Origin: a virus
IMG/VR virus record: IMGVR_UViG_3300028496_000013
Location: 1-6,880 of that record
Length of the DNA: 6,880 nt
Direction: 5' to 3' (one strand)
In this document: positions 5,429 through 6,880 of the stretch, piece by piece
Layout: each line of letters starts with the position of its first letter
Numbering within the stretch: the first letter of the stretch is position 1
Translations under genes and position numbers: made by a program
Notes under the pieces: model-generated
What the model was told of the DNA's origin: nothing
Seen by the model: only the letters and a program-made list of their open reading frames with translations
Databases searched by the model: none

Positions 5429-5875
5429 TCAAGCCCTCACAATGTCGGCATGCCAGCCAACCGTATCTCCCGTCGAGCTTTTGTGACCGGCCTTGCTTCG
5501 GCACCACTCGCCGAAGCGTCCCAGCGCCTTGCGACTGGACATAATAGGCATTGCCCCGCTCTGCCATGCGCTAAGCGCTACTAGCGCCACCCCGATCACC
5601 GTAGTGACCGGGGACAGTCTGTCCCACAAGGCTCTCCAAGCCTTCTTCTCGGCTCTTTCCTCTGCGCCTTCTTGTCGGACTAGCACGATGAGTGCCGGGT
5701 CTGCGTGTGCGAGTTCGATCACTCTTGCTAGGTGCTCGTCTGTGATTCGGTTCACTCCGCGTCGCCATTGCATGACCGTTTGACCGGTCACTTTCAGGGC
5801 TTCGGCTAACGCTCTATCGCTGTCGCGCTGGCATGATTTCCGCGCGTTGTCAAGCAATTTATTTAGCGTGTTCAT
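5429..5875 (-). CDS. HTH (Cro/CI-like) transcriptional repressor (148 aa)
   Basis: SD gggaag lies about 5 nt upstream of ATG 5875. The N-terminal helix-turn-helix signature is SDRALAEALKVTGQTVMQWRRGVNRITDEHLARVIELA. It is transcribed divergently from the replication/structural operon, as for inovirus immunity repressors. It also has a C-terminal hydrophobic segment, PVTTVIGVALVALSAW. Confidence 0.75.
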   Translation of the reverse strand: MNTLNKLLDNARKSCQRDSDRALAEALKVTGQTVMQWRRGVNRITDEHLARVIELAHADPALIVLVRQEGAEERAEKKAWRALWDRLSPVTTVIGVALVALSAWQSGAMPIMSSRKALGRFGEWCRSKAGHKSSTGDTVGWHADIVRA

Positions 5876-6012
5876 ATCACTTCCCGGTTGACAAAGGTGT
5901 CATCTCCGAGTTTATATGCGTCCGCGTCACTCGATGAGTGATGCCGCTCCGCCCCGGTGCCCTAGCCGGGTGTCGGGGCGTCATCTAGGGCGCTGGGGCA
6001 GGGGGTAGGGCA
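5876..6012. promoter_or_regulatory. Divergent promoter/operator (switch) region
   Basis: A perfect -35 TTGACA sits at 5888-5893 (+ strand). The only AT-rich block, tttatatg (5911-5918), lies 17-19 nt downstream. That block reads TATAAA on the - strand as a leftward -10. Palindromes are TGACA-aagg-TGTCA (5889-5902) and TCACTC-gat-GAGTGA (5927-5941). The leader has hairpins at 5950-5956/5974-5980 and 5959-5965/5985-5991. Confidence 0.55.
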
Positions 6013-6279
6013 ATGAAAGATTTCGACGCAATTTGCCGGGCGGCTGCCATGGCAATTCAGAACGGCTACGTGGCTGGTGTGACCGGTGACGGTCGCACCG
6101 TGTTTCACGTTCTGAGCCACCAGGGCACGCTGTTGCAGTACTGGTTCACGCTCGATGAGTCGGCGGTGAATGCGCCCGCTGGTGATCCTCGGCAATTCGA
6201 CATTCGCGAGTGCGCCGACACTCAAATTTCCAACGCTGTCGTGCACTGGTCGCAGCATCGCGCGGCGGTGCTGTCGTGA
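6013..6279 (+). CDS. Hypothetical protein (88 aa), first gene of the rightward operon
   Basis: ORF with a G-rich SD-like stretch (gggggtaggg) just upstream of ATG 6013. Its stop overlaps the next start as GTGA. I recognise no motif. Confidence 0.55.
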   Translation: MKDFDAICRAAAMAIQNGYVAGVTGDGRTVFHVLSHQGTLLQYWFTLDESAVNAPAGDPRQFDIRECADTQISNAVVHWSQHRAAVLS

Positions 6280-6449
6280 ACGTGGTTTTGATGGTGGCGA
6301 TTTGCACGGTCCCGTGGTTGCTGGTGGTCGTGGCGTTCGTCCGTCTTTGGCGTGAACTGTCCGCCCTGGTCGATCATCAGCGGCGGCAGTGTGATCGTGA
6401 TGTTGCCTTCCGCGGTCGCGGTCTGGCGGTGCTCGATGAAGCGCATTGA
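6276..6449 (+). CDS. Small single-pass membrane protein (57 aa from GTG 6276; 52 aa from ATG 6291)
   Basis: N-terminal TM segment VVLMVAICTVPWLLVVVAFVRLW followed by a charged tail. GTG 6276 forms a GTGA overlap with the orf88 stop. The stop at 6447-6449 lies 3 nt before the Rep ATG. The track's ATG 6210 start would overlap orf88 by 70 nt. Confidence 0.5.
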   Translation: MNVVLMVAICTVPWLLVVVAFVRLWRELSALVDHQRRQCDRDVAFRGRGLAVLDEAH

Positions 6450-6452
6450 CTC

Positions 6453-6880
6453 ATGCCACCCGAAGGCTCACGCGGCCACGTCGAGCTGGTGGATCAGCCG
6501 GAGTTGTACGGTGTCGCGGATACGTGTACCGGCGACGCATGGACTGAGCTTCTCCGGCGATACCCCGCACATGTGTTCGCAACTCTCACTTTTCGGCGGG
6601 AAAAGTTCTGGACCGATCGCGCCGGCAATCGCCACGCCATCAACCGGACAGGCAGCAACGGTTCTATGCATCCGGAAGCGGCCGACAAAGCTTTCCGCAT
6701 GTTCGTTTCCTGCATCAACCGCGAGGTCTACGGTCGCGACTGGGGCCGTCGCTGGCACGGCGGCATCCAGTGGGCGAGGGGGCAGGAGTTCCACAAGGAC
6801 GGCCGGCTCCACTTCCACGCGCTGCTATCAGCCCCGACTGCCGACCTCAACCATCTTGTCTCTCGCTACGCCTGGCACGA
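6453..6880 (+). CDS. Rolling-circle replication initiator (HUH superfamily), 5' part. It continues across the circle junction; the full gene is 6453..6825 + 1..266, 212 aa
   Basis: Own translation from ATG 6453: MPPEGSRGHVELVDQPELYGVADTCTGDAWTELLRRYPAHVFATLTFRREKFW...GQEFHKDGRLHFHALLSAPTADLNHL. It contains Rep motif I FATLTF (6576-6593) and the HUH motif HFHAL (6810-6824). The ATG lies 3 nt after the upstream ORF's stop. It is absent from the ORF track because no stop precedes the window end. Confidence 0.85.
   Translation, partial: MPPEGSRGHVELVDQPELYGVADTCTGDAWTELLRRYPAHVFATLTFRREKFWTDRAGNRHAINRTGSNGSMHPEAADKAFRMFVSCINREVYGRDWGRRWHGGIQWARGQEFHKDGRLHFHALLSAPTADLNHLVSRYAWH
6826..6880. repeat. 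Terminal redundancy, copy 2 (identical to 1-55)
   Basis: Same 55-mer as 1-55. It implies a circular molecule, a circular-contig overlap or a tandem copy with unit length 6,825 bp. Confidence 0.97.

Larger units (their letters stand above)
1..6825 (+). mobile_element. Complete circular filamentous phage (inovirus-like) genome unit, 6,825 bp
   Basis: Canonical inovirus module order: Rep, ssDNA-binding protein, small TM protein, major coat, adsorption protein, pVI-like, pI/Zot. An exact 55-nt end overlap closes the circle and completes the Rep ORF. Confidence 0.85.

Noticed and set aside
6210-6275. ATG 6210 start for the small TM protein ORF
   Set aside because: It would overlap orf88 by 70 nt with a basic, non-membrane extension. 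GTG 6276 (GTGA overlap) or ATG 6291 fits the operon's overlap pattern better. This remains uncertain.
6468-6818. 116-aa - strand ORF (and 6494..6718 -)
   Set aside because: They are antisense to the Rep gene, whose three ordered HUH motifs identify the + strand frame as real.
1-6880. Search for tRNA, rRNA, CRISPR arrays, IS elements or transposase
   Set aside because: I found no cloverleaf-like or rRNA-like segments, no regularly spaced 25-40-nt repeats, no terminal inverted repeats and no transposase-like ORF. The only long repeat is the 55-nt end overlap.

Overview
The window is one complete, circularly closed filamentous-phage (inovirus-type) genome of 6,825 bp. Bases 1-55 recur exactly at 6826-6880. 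The junction falls inside a rolling-circle Rep gene that is only a complete 212-codon ORF once the ends are joined (6453..6825 + 1..266). The + strand order is: orf88, small TM protein, HUH Rep, about 310 nt of repeat- and hairpin-dense intergenic region (likely ori/packaging), pV-like ssDNA-binding protein, 72-aa TM protein, pVIII-like major coat, terminator, 20-codon hydrophobic micro-ORF, pIII-like adsorption protein, pVI-like protein, pI/Zot assembly ATPase, and a TraX-family membrane protein. The - strand carries an HTH repressor and a second small protein, which form a divergent immunity-type module with a palindrome-rich switch region. I found no secretin, integrase, convincing dif-like attP, tRNA, rRNA or CRISPR. 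The most unusual item is the TraX-like (F-pilin N-acetylase family) gene joined by a 4-nt overlap to the 3' end of the morphogenesis operon. All functional calls come from reading the translations, motif recognition and gene order. No database search was possible.
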